A stretch of DNA of 64,000 nucleotides, taken from NCBI RefSeq assembly GCF_009914755.1, contig NC_060925.1. One strand, written 5' to 3'. Position numbers and translations under genes: made by a program. Positions within the stretch are counted from its first letter, which is position 1. Each line of letters starts with the position of its first letter. This DNA is from the human T2T-CHM13v2.0 reference genome, Homo sapiens. Below, in pieces: positions 1-12,199 of the stretch. A model generated the notes under the pieces. The model made no database searches. It saw only the letters and a list, made by a program, of their open reading frames with translations, and was not told the DNA's origin.

Positions 1-56
1 CAAGAACATTTTCTCTTATTCCCCCTATTTCCTCAGCATCAAAAATAGCCTTTGAC

Positions 57-349
57 GGACGGGCGTGGGGGCTCACACCTGTAATCCCAGCACTCTGGGA
101 GGCCGAGGCGGGTGGATCATGAGGTCAGGAGGTCAAGACCATCCTGGCTAACACGGTGAAACCCCGTCTCTACTACAAATACAAAAAATTAGCCAGGCGT
201 GGTGGCGGGCACCTGTAGTCCCAGCAACTCAGGAGGCTGAGGCAGAAGAATGGTGTGAACCCAGGAGGCAGAGCTTGCAGTGAGCCGAGATTGCACCACT
301 GCACTCAAGCCTGGGTGACAGAGCAAGACTCTGCCTCAAAAAAAAAAAA
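57..349 (+). mobile_element. AluY SINE, full length
   Basis: Alu dimer with AluY-type accatcctggctaacacggtg and gagcttgcagtgagccgag, poly(A) tail, 16-bp TSD aaaaatagcctttgac at 41-56 and 350-365. Confidence 0.93.
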
Positions 350-688
350 AAAAATAGCCTTTGACATCTAATAAACACTAATAAATTTTTGATGAATATA
401 TTTACGAATGCATAAATAAGTGAATAGAATACATAAATGAAATGAATGAAAAGGTTCTATGAAGTAATTTTTATTCTTTAGATGAAATTTTGAAAAATTA
501 AAGCAGGAAATGATACTACTTAATCTTAACTACTAAAGTTTGTGCATTTCTAATAGCTAACAAAACTTCTGCTTAAATTCTGATTAGTAACAGATGGATC
601 GGGGTTGACATACGGATTTAGACATGGCAATGATGACATGAAACCAATACATTTATCTTGCTTTAGTCATGATCAGTGAAAGCATGTG

Positions 689-2421
689 CAAGTATATCTT
701 AGAGATATTGAGGATTCAGTTCCAGAGCACCGCAATAAAGTTTATCATAATAAAACAAGTTTTGTGGATTTATTTTTGTTTCTTACTGCACATAAAAGTT
801 AGAAACAGAAAAATTCACAAAGTATATGATAACTACTTACTATAAGATACTAAGTATGCAGTAGGTTATGTCTTACAAAACAATGTGCAAACTTAATTTG
901 AAAATCCTTTATTGCTAAAAACTGCTAACAATCATCTGAGCCTTCAGGAAGCTGCAATATTTTTGCTGGTAGACGATCTTGCCTTGGTGTTGATGTCTGC
1001 TGACTGATCAGGGTGGTGGCTGCTGAAGATTGGGGTGACTGTAGCAATTTCTTAAAATAGGAAAATGAAGGAAATTTGTTTTTTCTTGCAGTAAGTCTCA
1101 ACGGTAGTCTTAAATTTTTCACTAAACCCTGCTGGAAACAGATGTGCTTTCATCCAGGCATTGTTTTCCATTGATGGAGCATAGGAAGAGTATATTTAGC
1201 ATAATTCTTAAGGGCTCTCATGTTCGTTTCTTTGTGAGAATGGTAAATAAGCTTTGGCTACAACTTAACAACACCAGCTGCATTAGACCCTACCAAGAGA
1301 GTCAGCCTGTTCTTTGAAGTTTTGAAGTCAGGCATTGACTTCTCCCCTTTAGCAATGAAAGGCCTAGTGGCATCTTCTTCCAATGTACAACAGTTTCATT
1401 CTCATAGAAAATATGTTGTTTAATTTAGCTTCCTTCATCAATGATCTCAGCTAGATCTTCTAGATAATCTGCTGCAGCTTCTACCCACAACACTTGCTGC
1501 TTCACCTTGTACATGTTATGTTATGTTATGAAGATTGGCTGCTCTCCTTAAACCTCATGAATCAATACTAGCTTCAATCTTTTCTCCTGCAGCTTCCTCA
1601 TCTCTCTAAGGCTTTACATAATTGGAGAGTTAGAGTACTGCTCTGGATTCAGTTTTGTCTTAGGGGAATGTTGGAGCTGGCTTGATCTTCTATCCAGACC
1701 ACTAAAACTGTTTCAATATCAACAATAAGGTTGACATAGAAAATATTCAACCTTCCACAAGCTGATATTCCTGTGTTCACTGGAATGATAAGAAAGAAAA
1801 ACAGCCTTATTGTTGATATAGAAAAAAAGTTCCAGAACCTTTCCTTTGCATTTACAACTTTGCTAACTGTTTGGTGCAAGAGGCCTAGCTTTCCGCCTAT
1901 CTCAGCTTTCAACATGCTTTTTTCGTTAAGCTTAATAACTAGCTTTTGAATTAAAGTGAGAGATGTGCAATTCTTTACACTAGAACACTTAGAGATCATT
2001 GTAAGATTATTAATTAGACTATTTTCAATATTGCTGTGTCTTAGCCAGTAGTGAGGCTCAAGGAGAGAAGGAGAGAGGGGGAAAATGACTGGTTGGTGGA
2101 ATAGTCAGAACCCACACATCTATCGATGAAATTCACCCTCTTATATGGGCATGTTTCATGGCACCCCAAAACAATTACAATAATAACATCAAAGATAAGT
2201 GGTCATGGGTCACCATAATATACATAGTAATAAGGAAAACTTTGAAATATTGCGGTAATAACCAAAATGTGACACAGAGACACGAGGTGGGCACATAATA
2301 TTAGAAAAATGGTGCTAATAGACTTGCTTCAAAGCAGAGTTACCACAAAACTTCAGTTTGTAGAAAACACAATATCTGTGGAGCACAATAAAGTGAAGTG
2401 CAATAAAACAAGGTATGCCTG
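689..2421 (-). mobile_element. Tigger1 (TcMar-Tigger) DNA transposon, internally deleted, both termini present
   Basis: Termini caagtatatcttagagatattg...gcaataaag and gcaataaaacaaggtatgcctg. ORF 1649-1999 (TSLTLIQKL..IKLNEKSMLKAEIGGKLGLLHQTVSKVVNAKE) is a degraded CENP-B-type HTH of the transposase. Confidence 0.9.
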
Positions 2422-3392
2422 TGTCTATTCACATAGGCAATGAATCAAAAACATCATTTTTTTCCATCTCCAAAATGTGGGCTTTTGAACATACACCCCA
2501 CAACTATATCTTTTATTTGATGGCGTTCGTAGTAACAGTCATTTATCATGCAGAGAAATAGCACTGGTGTTGTGTCTAACACAAAATATGGAGCAGTTGC
2601 CTCAACAGATCTCTAAGTTGTCAAATATGACATTCCATGTGGAGAAAAGCTATATTCCAACAGAAAGCACAGGCCAAAAAAAGAAAAAAATGCTTAAGAT
2701 GTAGAATTAAATTAGATACAACAGAGGAAATCTTTAGCTGGCAATGCCAACTACACACTTTATTACTTTTGTCAGTAAGTATACACAGGCACACAATAGC
2801 TTTTTACTTTTTTCCTTTTAGCATATACCTTATTTGAAACCTTTGAGGCTGATTGTTTAATGAAATATAATACTGCAGCTTATAATTTTAAATTGCTGTT
2901 GAACTTGGTATTTTTATTAAATATTGTCTGTCTCATTCCCAAACCTCAGCAAATGCATACAAATTGGCAACTATTAATACTCCATTGGATCTGATTTTTA
3001 GAATATAATAAATATTTACTTTTGTATAGTTTACTAATATAAAATACTAGGTGATTAAGCAAGTTTATTTGAGGATTCTCCTTAAACAATGAGTACTTGA
3101 AAATTATCAGGTTTCTTTCAGGTAAAATTTCAAACTGCCTTCTAGGGCTCTTACATGAACTCATATATGTAGGAGTTCATTATATATATATGTGTATATG
3201 TATAGTTAAGTTTAACATTTAATTTGTTATAATATATTGACCTTTCAGTTATTCTTAATGTCTTGATTAATTACAAAGAGAAAACTATGACAGCTATGTG
3301 TTTTATTTGTCTTTAATCAGTATAGTTTCAAGATCTAGTGTCTAGAGCAGACCCTTTCTCTAATTATTGCATCTTGATCATGTTGTCAAGAC

Positions 3393-3886
3393 TATAAAGG
3401 GCCTGAGATTTTACTCTACTTGCAAATTAACAACTTAGTGTGCCACTATTTCTTAGATGGTGTAAAAAGACATGACTTTTAGGAGCAGCAGACAGTTTAT
3501 TATTCAAATAAATAGCAGTAGTCAAAATATTCTTATTTTCACATGCTGATTCTGGAGCTCAAATTCCCACAAGAATACTTGACAAAGGCCACACAAGGAT
3601 TGAATGCACAATGGCTTTTGTTACAAGAGATGAACTCTGGGCTTAGAGAATCAAAATATTTTGTAATGGGCAGAAACCTTGCCTAACCTTTGCCTCAGAA
3701 AGACATTACCTTAATATTACCAGACAGCAGACAATCCTGCTTTCTGTTCTGGAATAAAACTTTTATCTTCCAAAGCTGGTTGCTATACAAACATCCCTGG
3801 AATTCTAGTCTGGAGCAAAAGCTATGGACGCCTCTGCTCACAAGATGTGCAGAAATATTAGACCCTCAAATAATTATCTTCCAACA
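3393..3886 (-). mobile_element. ERVL solo LTR, LTR40-like
   Basis: Minus strand starts tgttggaag...atttctgcacatcttgtgagcagagg and ends gcaagtagagtaaaatctcagg. Confidence 0.7.
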
Positions 3887-3949
3887 CATAACTTTATCTT
3901 CTATATGTTAAATTTTAAATCCACTTTTGAATTTAGTTGTTTGTGTTAA

Positions 3950-4400
3950 CAAGCTGTTGTTGCAGTGATGTGCAGTAACAGTTATTTTAAGGTGCAAAGT
4001 CTTAAAATATCAAGCATTTACTTTATGCTTGTACATATACAAGTCAATTGCTAAACTTTGGCTGATGTAGGCTATGCTTGGCTACATGACTCTGCCTTAG
4101 GCTGTGAGTCATCAGGGATTGTCCCAGGCTTTTGTGGGGTTCAGTTCTGTTTCACGTGTCTGAAGTGAGTGTCTCAGGCTGAAATAACAGCAATTGCCAG
4201 GACGATGTTTGTCTCGTGGTTGATGACCCAAACCAACAAGCTAGACAAATTACTCAGGTGCACTTTGATCCTTAGTTAACATCATTTTCTCTCTATTATG
4301 CAAAGCAAGTTGCATGGCCAAACCCACAATCACATGGGTGGGGAAGTATACATCCTCATAGCAGTGAAAATTTGAGAGGTTATTTTTGAGCACTACTGCA
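3950..4400 (-). mobile_element. Old MaLR LTR (MLT1 group), degraded
   Basis: gcaaagcaagttgcatggccaaacccac..ggtggggaagtatac and aagcatttact motifs typical of old MLT1. Confidence 0.55.
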
Positions 4401-4789
4401 ATCACTCCCAATGTTTTTATAAAGTTCTTTCTCATTCTCAATGATTATGGTTCAACTTTGCATTTACTAAATTTCCATGGTATAAATAGAAAGAAATATA
4501 GAGACAAAGATTGATAATGCTTGCTGACAACCTGAATTAAGAACCAATGGTGCTGAGTAATTTATTAGAAGGCAGTGCAGTAATATTTTAGTCTCTATCT
4601 GTTCATAAAGAGATAATGTGTTTACAAAGCCAATAAATAAACATGTTTTTAATTGCTCCACAATATCTTGAAATGCATCACATATATTTGGCTACTATGC
4701 AGAGCAAGGAGAAAATAATACTATCAAGAATAGCAACCAAATTGTGTACATTCTGTTTCAGTTAAAAAGTATTGTGTTTATATTATTTA

Positions 4790-4945
4790 TGTGATGCCTC
4801 AAACAACAATGTAGGTGGGTGACATATTTATAGTTCTCATGTTTCCAAAGAGGATGCCAGCATTTGAGACGTTAAGCGATTTACCATGGTCACACTGCCC
4901 ATCAGTGGCAACCCTGGGGCTCAAGCCCTGTCTGACTCATCTTCA
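4790..4945 (-). mobile_element. MIR SINE fragment
   Basis: gttaagcgatttaccatggtcacac...agtggca...ctgtctgactc core. Confidence 0.55.
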
Positions 4946-6061
4946 GAAGCACAATGAGTAATTAATGTTAAAATATTCACAGCATGTCCCTAATTATAAC
5001 ATTTTTATTAAAACAACATATTCAACTCTCAGATACTTTGGTGATCTGGTTTGTTGATTTAGGAATTATTCTTACTTTACAAAAATTTGTAATTCAAAAT
5101 ACATCACAACTTTTTACTGACTTTACGCTGATTTATTAAGGTTTTGTATAAGTCAAATGACTTTAGAGTACATTTTACCTGAATTTAGCTTTATTATCAA
5201 TGTTCACTGTATCTGTTTACTTACTTATTTAATGTGGCACTAAATTTTTAAGTTATATCTAACAGAGATGCTTTAACAAAGAGAGATTGTTTGAAACTCT
5301 GATCTGTAGAATGGACCATGAAACAGGATTTTAAGCTCTGTAATAATGTCGATAGCTTTTAGCTGAGCCTTGGTTTCTGCAGTACTCTGACATCCCTAAC
5401 ATTCTGCTGTCCATAAGCTTCTTAGACTTCTACTCTCATTTTGAATCTAACACATTATACAGCAGTTATTTATTCAGTGTAATTTTGTACAAAAGAGCTT
5501 TTAAATGTAGCAGCATTATGAAATTTAACATAAAAGCATATTTATATATAAGTGTACATAAATTCAAAATATATTAGAGAACTATTTTCTCTTAATTATG
5601 GGGGTGAGCATTACATATGTTGTCAAGTAAACTTTAAATTTCTTATAAATAATCCTTATTTTAGATTTATGCTCTATCCACATTCCATCCCCCAAACTTA
5701 CATATGTATTTTTTGGTTAGTAGTGAGCCAATCTTTATTTTCCTTTGTTTTGCATTTTAAAGTGCTTCATTAGGTTTCAAGATGTTTCATTAAGTTTTAT
5801 TAAACTTATTAAGCTGAGAGATTAAGTGCCACTTTATACAAAAAACAAGTCACAAAGACACTTCCCTGGGAGACATAAAACCTATTACCATTACTGTCCA
5901 TGAAATAGTTTTAGATTTTTTTAAAATAGTGAAAAAGAAATTAAAGTGGTATATCCAGAGTATACCAAATAATTTGTCAAAATGTTTAATTGATCAGTTT
6001 AGCCAAGCACATTCATATTTAGAATGTTTCCACAGATAAATATGTTGGAACCCTTCTGTAC

Positions 6062-6130
6062 ATCTCTCTATCTATGTCTCGCTCTCTCTCTCTCTTTCTC
6101 TCTATCTCTGTGTGTGTGTTTGTGTGTGTA
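6062..6130. repeat. (TC)n/(TG)n compound microsatellite
   Basis: ctctctctctctctttctctctatctctgtgtgtgtgtttgtgtgtgt. Confidence 0.85.
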
Positions 6131-6300
6131 TTTTTTGATAATAGCCATCCGAATGAGTATGAGGTGGTATATCATAGTGCTTTTAATTTACATTTTCCTG
6201 ATGATTGATAATGTTGAGAACCTTTTCATGTATGTGCCGTTTTTGTGTCTTTTGAAAAGACATACCTATTCTGATCTTTTGTTCATTTTATTTTATTTCA
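6131..6300 (-). mobile_element. Old L1M fragment (end of ORF2), continues at ~9510
   Basis: ttttgataatagccatc...gaggtggtatatcatagtg...ttcctgatgattgataatgttgag. Confidence 0.7.
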
Positions 6301-6319
6301 CTTTTTTTTTCTGGTGTTA

Positions 6320-6617
6320 GGATTTTTCTTTCTTTTCTTTATTTCTTCTTAAAAATAAAAAGGATACATGTGCAGAACGTGCACGTTTGTTACATAAGTA
6401 TATGTGTGCCATGGTGGTTTGCTCTACCAATTGACCCATCCTCCACTTTCCCTCCCCTCACCCCCACCACCCAACAGGTGTGTGTTGTCCCCCTCTCCAT
6501 GTCCATGTGTTCTCAATGTTCAACTCCCACTTACGAGTGAGAATATGCGGTGTTTGATTTTCTGTTCCTGTGTTAGTTTGCTGAGGATGATAGTTTCCAG
6601 CTTCATCCATGTCCCTG
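6320..6617 (-). mobile_element. L1PA 3' end fragment (5'-truncated)
   Basis: ggatacatgtgcagaacgtgcacgtttgttacata...cttcatccatgtccctgc with poly(T) on the left. Confidence 0.85.
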
Positions 6618-9510
6618 CTTTTATTTATTATTTTTTATTTTAGGTTTGTGGGTACATGTGAAGGTTTCTTGCTACACCCATAAACATGTGTCATAGGGGT
6701 TTGTTGTACATATTATTATATCAACAAGATAATCAGCTCAGTACCCAGTAGTTATATTTCCTGCTCTTCTCCCTCCTGCTACCCTCCCCCATCAAATAGA
6801 ACCCAGTGTCTGTTGTTTCCTTCTTTGTGTTTTTAAGTTGTTATCATTTAGCTTCCACTTATAACGATGAACATGCAGTATTTGGTTTTCTGTTGCTGTA
6901 TTAATTTGCTAAGGATAATAACCTTCAGCTCCATCCATGTTCCCGCAAAAGATATGACTCATTCTTTTTTATGACTGCATAATATTCTATGGCATATATG
7001 TACCAAATTTCCTTTATTCAGTCTATCATTGATGGGCATTTAGGTTGATTCTATATCTTTGCTATTGTGAATAGCGCTACAGTGAACATTCACATGGATG
7101 TGTCTTTATGATAGAATGCTTTATATTACTCTAGGTATATACTCAGTTCTTTGAGGAATTGTTGTATTGCTTTCCACAATGGTTGAACTAATTTACACTC
7201 TCACCAACAGTGTATAAGGGTACCTATTTCTCCACAACCGTGCCAGCATCTGTTATTTGACATTTGAATATTAGTCATTCTGACTGGCGTTGAGATGGTG
7301 TATTAGCCCATTCTTACACTGCTATAAAGAAATACTCAGGACTGGGTAATTTATAAGTGAACAAAGTTTAATTGACTCCCAGTTCCGCATTGCTGAGGAG
7401 GCCTCAGGAAACTTATAATCATGGTGGAAGGCAAAGGAGAAGTAGGCACGTTCTTCACAGGGTGGCAGGACAGAGTTAGTGTAAGCAAGGGAAATGCCAG
7501 GTGCTTATGAAACCATCAGATCTATTGAGAACTCACTATCAGGAGAATAGCATGGGGGAAACTGCCGCATGATTTAATTACTTCCACCTGGACCTGCCAC
7601 AGACACATGGGGATTATGGGGATTACAATTTAAGATGAGATTTGGGTGGGAGCACAAAGCCTAACTCCATCAAATGGTATCTCATTTTGGTTTTGGTTTG
7701 CATTTCTCTGATGATAGCAATATTGAGCTTTTTTTCATATGCTTCTTGGCCACATGTATGTCTTCTTTTGAGAAGTGTTTGTTCACGTCCTTTGCCCACT
7801 TTTTAATGAAATTATTTGTTTTTCTTTTTTCCTTAATAATATTAGATATTAGCCCTTTGTCAGATGCATAGGAATTTGCAAAAATTTTCTTCCATTCTGT
7901 AGGTTGTCTGTTTACTCTGTTGATAGTTTATTTTGCTGTGCAGAAGCTCTTAAGTTTAATTAGACCCCATTTGTCAATATTTTATTTTGTTGCAGTTGCT
8001 TTTGGTGTCTTTATCATGAAATCTTTGACTGTTTCTATGGATGGTATTGCCTGGGTTTCCTCCAGGGTTTTTATAGTTTTGGGTTTTACATTAAAGTATT
8101 TAATCCATCTTGAGTTGATTTTTAGAAGTCCAGCTTCAATCTTCTGCATATACCTAACCAGTTATCCCAGCACCATTTATTGAATAGGGAATCTTTTCCC
8201 TATTGCTTTTGTCAGTTTTGTCAAAATATCAGATGGTCGTAGATGTGTAGCCTTATTTCTGGGCTCTCTATTCTGTTTCCTTGGTCTATATGTCTGTTTT
8301 TGTACCAGTACTATGCTGTTTTTGTCACTGTAGCCCTGTAATATAGTGTGAAATAGGGTAATGTGAATCTTCCAGCTCTGTTCTTTTTGCTTAGGATTGC
8401 CTTGGCTATTCAATCTCTTTTTTGGTTCCGTATTAATTTAAAATTTTTTCTCTAGGTCTGTGAAGAATATCATTGGTAGATTGATAGGAATAGCATTGAA
8501 TCTGCCAACTGTTTTGGGCAGTATAGCCATTTTAATCATATTGATTCTTCCTATCCATAAGCATGGGATGTGTTTCCATTTATTTATGTCTTAACTGATT
8601 TTTTTTGGAGCAGTGTTTTCTAATTCTCATTGTGGAGATCTTTCATCTCTCTGGGTAACTGTATTCCTAGGTATTTTATTATTTTCTGTGACAAGTTGAA
8701 TGGTATCACCTTTCTGATTTGACTCTTGGTTTGGTTGTTGTTGATATACAGGAATGCTAGTAATATTTGTATATTGATTTTGTATCTGCAACTTTGCTGG
8801 TGTTGTTTATAAGGTGTAGGAGCTTATGGGATGAGACTATGAGGTTTTCTAGATATAGAATCATGCATCTGCAAATAGAGATAGTTTGATTTCCTCTCTT
8901 CCTATTTGGATGCCCTTTATTGTTTCTTCTTGCTTGATTGCTCTGGCTAGGACCTCCAATACTATGTTGAATATAAGTGGTGAGAGAGGGCATCCTTGTC
9001 TTGTCCTGGTTTTCAAGGAGAATGCTTCTACCTTTTGCCCATTCAAGATAAGGATGGTTAAGGGTTTGTCACAGAGGCTCTTACTATTTTGAGGTATGTT
9101 CCTTCAATACCTAGTTTATTGATAGTTTTTAACATGAAGCGATGTTGAATTTTATCAAAGCTTTTTCTGCATATATTGAGATAATCATGTAGTTTTTGTC
9201 TTTAGTTCTGTTTATGTGATGAATCACATTTATTGATTTGCATATGTTGAACAAAATTTGCATCCTGAGGATGAAGCCTACTTGATCATGGTGGATTAGC
9301 TTTTTGTTAGGCTGCTGTATTTGGTTTGCAAGTATTTTGTCAATAATTTTTGCACAGATGTTCATCAAGGATATTGGCCTAAAATTATTGTTGTTGTTGT
9401 TGTTTCTTTGCCAGATTTTGGCCTCATAGAATGACTTGTGCAGAAGTCCCTCCTCCTCAATTTTTTTGGAATAGTTTCTATAAGAATGCTACCAGCTCTT
9501 CTTTGTATGT
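6618..9510 (-). mobile_element. Older L1PA (L1PA13-16-like) 3'UTR + ORF2, interrupted by a THE1/MST LTR
   Basis: Minus-strand ORFs 8861-9046 ([31 protein letters not shown]) and 9129-9368 ([20 protein letters not shown]) are L1 reverse transcriptase remnants. Confidence 0.9.
7299..7672 (-). mobile_element. THE1/MST MaLR solo LTR inserted in L1
   Basis: tgtattagcccattctt...gagatttgggtggg...catca. 5-bp TSD gatgg/aatgg. L1 sequence gagatgg|tatctcatt resumes after it. Confidence 0.9.
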
Positions 9511-10497
9511 CTTTTGTCCAATTTAAAGTCCATTTGCTTTTCTACTCTTTATTGTGAGTTTCTTATGAATTTTGGATATCAACCCCTTATCAGACATATG
9601 GTTTTCAAATATATTTTTCCCAATCTGTAAGCTATTTCATTTTGTTGATTGTTTTCTTTGCTGTGAAGCTTTTTAGTTTGAATATAGACTCATTTATTTG
9701 TGATTTTGTAGCCTGAGCTTCTGGCATTATATCAAAAAATATATATATTGCTAATGTCAATATCCAGGAGCTTTTCCCCTGTGTTCTCTTCTAGGAGTTT
9801 TGCAGTTTCTGGTCTTAAATTTAGATATTTTTATTCATTGTCTGTTTTTAGTGCATGTTGTAAGGTGAGATTCTAATTTTATTATTTTGCATGTGGAAAT
9901 CCAGTTTTTCCAGCACCATTTATTGAAGAGAGTATTCTTTCCCCCATTGTGTTCTCTTAGATCCCTTGTCATAAATTACTTGGACCTTACATACTTGGAT
10001 TTATTTTTTAGCTCCCTAATCTGTGTCATTGGTCTATGTGTTTGTTTTTATGGCAGTACCATACTGTTTAGTTTACTATAATTTGTAATATGATTTCTTG
10101 TAATATAATTTCAAATTAAAAGATATAATACTTCTCACTTTGATTTGTTTTTCTCTCAGAATTATTTTGGCTATGTGGGGGTCTTACAGGTTTCCATACA
10201 GATTCTATATATATTTTTAATTTTTGTAAAAAATGACATTGGCATTTTGATAGGAATTGTGTTGAATTTGTATAATACTCTGTGTAGCATAAACATTTTA
10301 TTAATAGTAATTTTCTGATTCATGAGTATGGAATATCTTTCTATTAATTTGTGTATTCTTCCATTTCTTTCATCAATCTTTATAGTCTTCAGTGTACATA
10401 TTTTCCTCTCCTTGATTAAATTTATTTTTGAATATTTTATTTTTTTAAGCTTTCATACAGTGATTGTTTTCTTAGTTTATTGTTCTGTCAGGTCATT
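9511..10497 (-). mobile_element. Old L1M ORF2 fragment (continuation of 6131-6300)
   Basis: ttttggatatcaaccccttatcag, ttccagcaccatttattgaagag, gcattttgataggaattgtgttgaat. Confidence 0.75.
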
Positions 10498-12198
10498 ACT
10501 ATAAGACTACAGTAATCAAAAAGCACAGCTTTGGCACAAAAACAGACACATAGATAAATGGAACAGAACAGACAACCAAGAAATACAGCTGTACACCGCA
10601 GCCATCTGATCTTTGACAGGGTTGACAAAAACAAGCAATGGGGAAAGGACTCCCTATTCAATAAACGGTGTTCAGATGGCTGGCCAGGCACATGCAGGAG
10701 AGTGATACTGGAACTCTATCTTTCTCCATATACAAAAATTAACACAAGATGGATTAAAGATTTAAATGTACAAGCATAATCTATAAGAATCCTAGAAGGA
10801 AATCTAGGAAACATCATTCTGTACATCAGCCATGGAAACAAACTTATAACTAAATCCTCCAAAGTGATGGAAACAAAAACAAAAGTTGACAAGTAGGACC
10901 TAATTAAACCAAAGAACAACAAAAATCAATAAATCAATCAATCAATAAAAAAAAGATCAACAGAGTAAACAGACGACCTACAGAATGAAAGAAAATATTC
11001 ATAAAGTATGCTTCTGACAAAGTCCTAAAATCCAGAATCTATAAGGAGCAATAAGAAAAAACTCAATTAACCCCATTAAAAAGTGAGCAAAAGAAGCTAG
11101 GCACAGTGGTGTAATCTCAACACTTTGAGAGGCCAAGGCAGGAGGATCACTTGAGACCAGTAGTTTGTAACTAACCTGGGCAGCATAGGGTAACCCTGTA
11201 TCTCCAACAAAAATTAAAAATCAGCCATGTGTGGTGGTGCATTCCTGTAGTCCCCGCTACTTGGCAGCCTGAAGAGGGAGGATTGCTTGAGCCCAGGAGG
11301 TTGAAGTTGCACCGAGCAACAGCCTGGGCAAAAAATCATGAGCATGTAAAAAAAAAAAAAAAAAAAAGAAAAAAGAAAAAAAAAAGAAAAAAGAAAAAGA
11401 AAAAAGTGGGCAAAAATATGTACAGACACTTCTCAAAATAATTATGTACAGACACTTCTCAAAATAATACATACAAACAGACAACAAACGTAAAAAAATG
11501 CCCCACATCACTTTATGCAAGTCAAAACCACAATGAGACACCATCTCTCACCAGTCAGAATGGCTATTATTAAAAAGTCAAAAAACAACAGATGCTGGTG
11601 ATATTATGGAGGAAAGGAAATACTTAAACACTGTTGGTGTGAATGTAAATTAGTTCAGCCACTGTGGAAAGCAGCTTGAAGATTTCTCAAATAACTTAAA
11701 CAGAACTACCATTTCATATAGTAATCCCATTGCTGGGTATATATGCAAAAGAAAATAAATCATTCTATCAAAAAGACACATACACTTGTATGTCCATCAC
11801 TGTGTTATTCATAATAGCAGACATGGAATCAACTTAGGTGCCCACTAATGAATGGGATAAAGAAAATGTAGCACCTACACACCATGGACTACAATGCAGC
11901 CATAAGAAGGATAAAATTAATGTGATTTTCAGCAACATGGATGCAGCTGGAGGCCATTATCCTAAGCTAATTAATGCAGGAACGGAAAGCCAAAGACCAC
12001 ATGCTCTTATTTATAAGTAAATGCTAAACATTGTGTACATATAAACATAAAAATGGCAACGAAAGACACGGGACTACTGGCTGGAAGAGTGGCAGAGGGT
12101 CAAAGGTTGAAAAACCACCTATTGGGTACTATGCTCACCACCTGGGTGACAGGGTCAATAATCATGCAAACCACAGCATCATAAAATATACCCATGTA
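10498..12198 (+). mobile_element. L1PB-like ORF2 end + 3'UTR on + strand, lacking poly(A), interrupted by AluJ
   Basis: ORF 10558-10779 ([21 protein letters not shown]...[18 protein letters not shown]); 3'UTR cctattgggtactatgctcaccacctgggtgac. Confidence 0.88.
11095..11400 (+). mobile_element. AluJ SINE with long A-rich tail
   Basis: ggaggatcacttgagaccag and ggattgcttgagcccaggaggtt diagnostic of AluJ; TSD aaaaagtgagcaaaa / aaaaagtgggcaaaa. Confidence 0.85.
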
Positions 12199-12199
12199 C

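Noticed and set aside
1649-1999. Possible domesticated TIGD-like transposase gene
   Set aside because: Only a degraded N-terminal fragment, disrupted by a local inversion and an internal deletion
7674-10922. ORFs with reverse-transcriptase-like peptides
   Set aside because: Frameshifted, stop-riddled L1 ORF2 fossils; not a functional RT system
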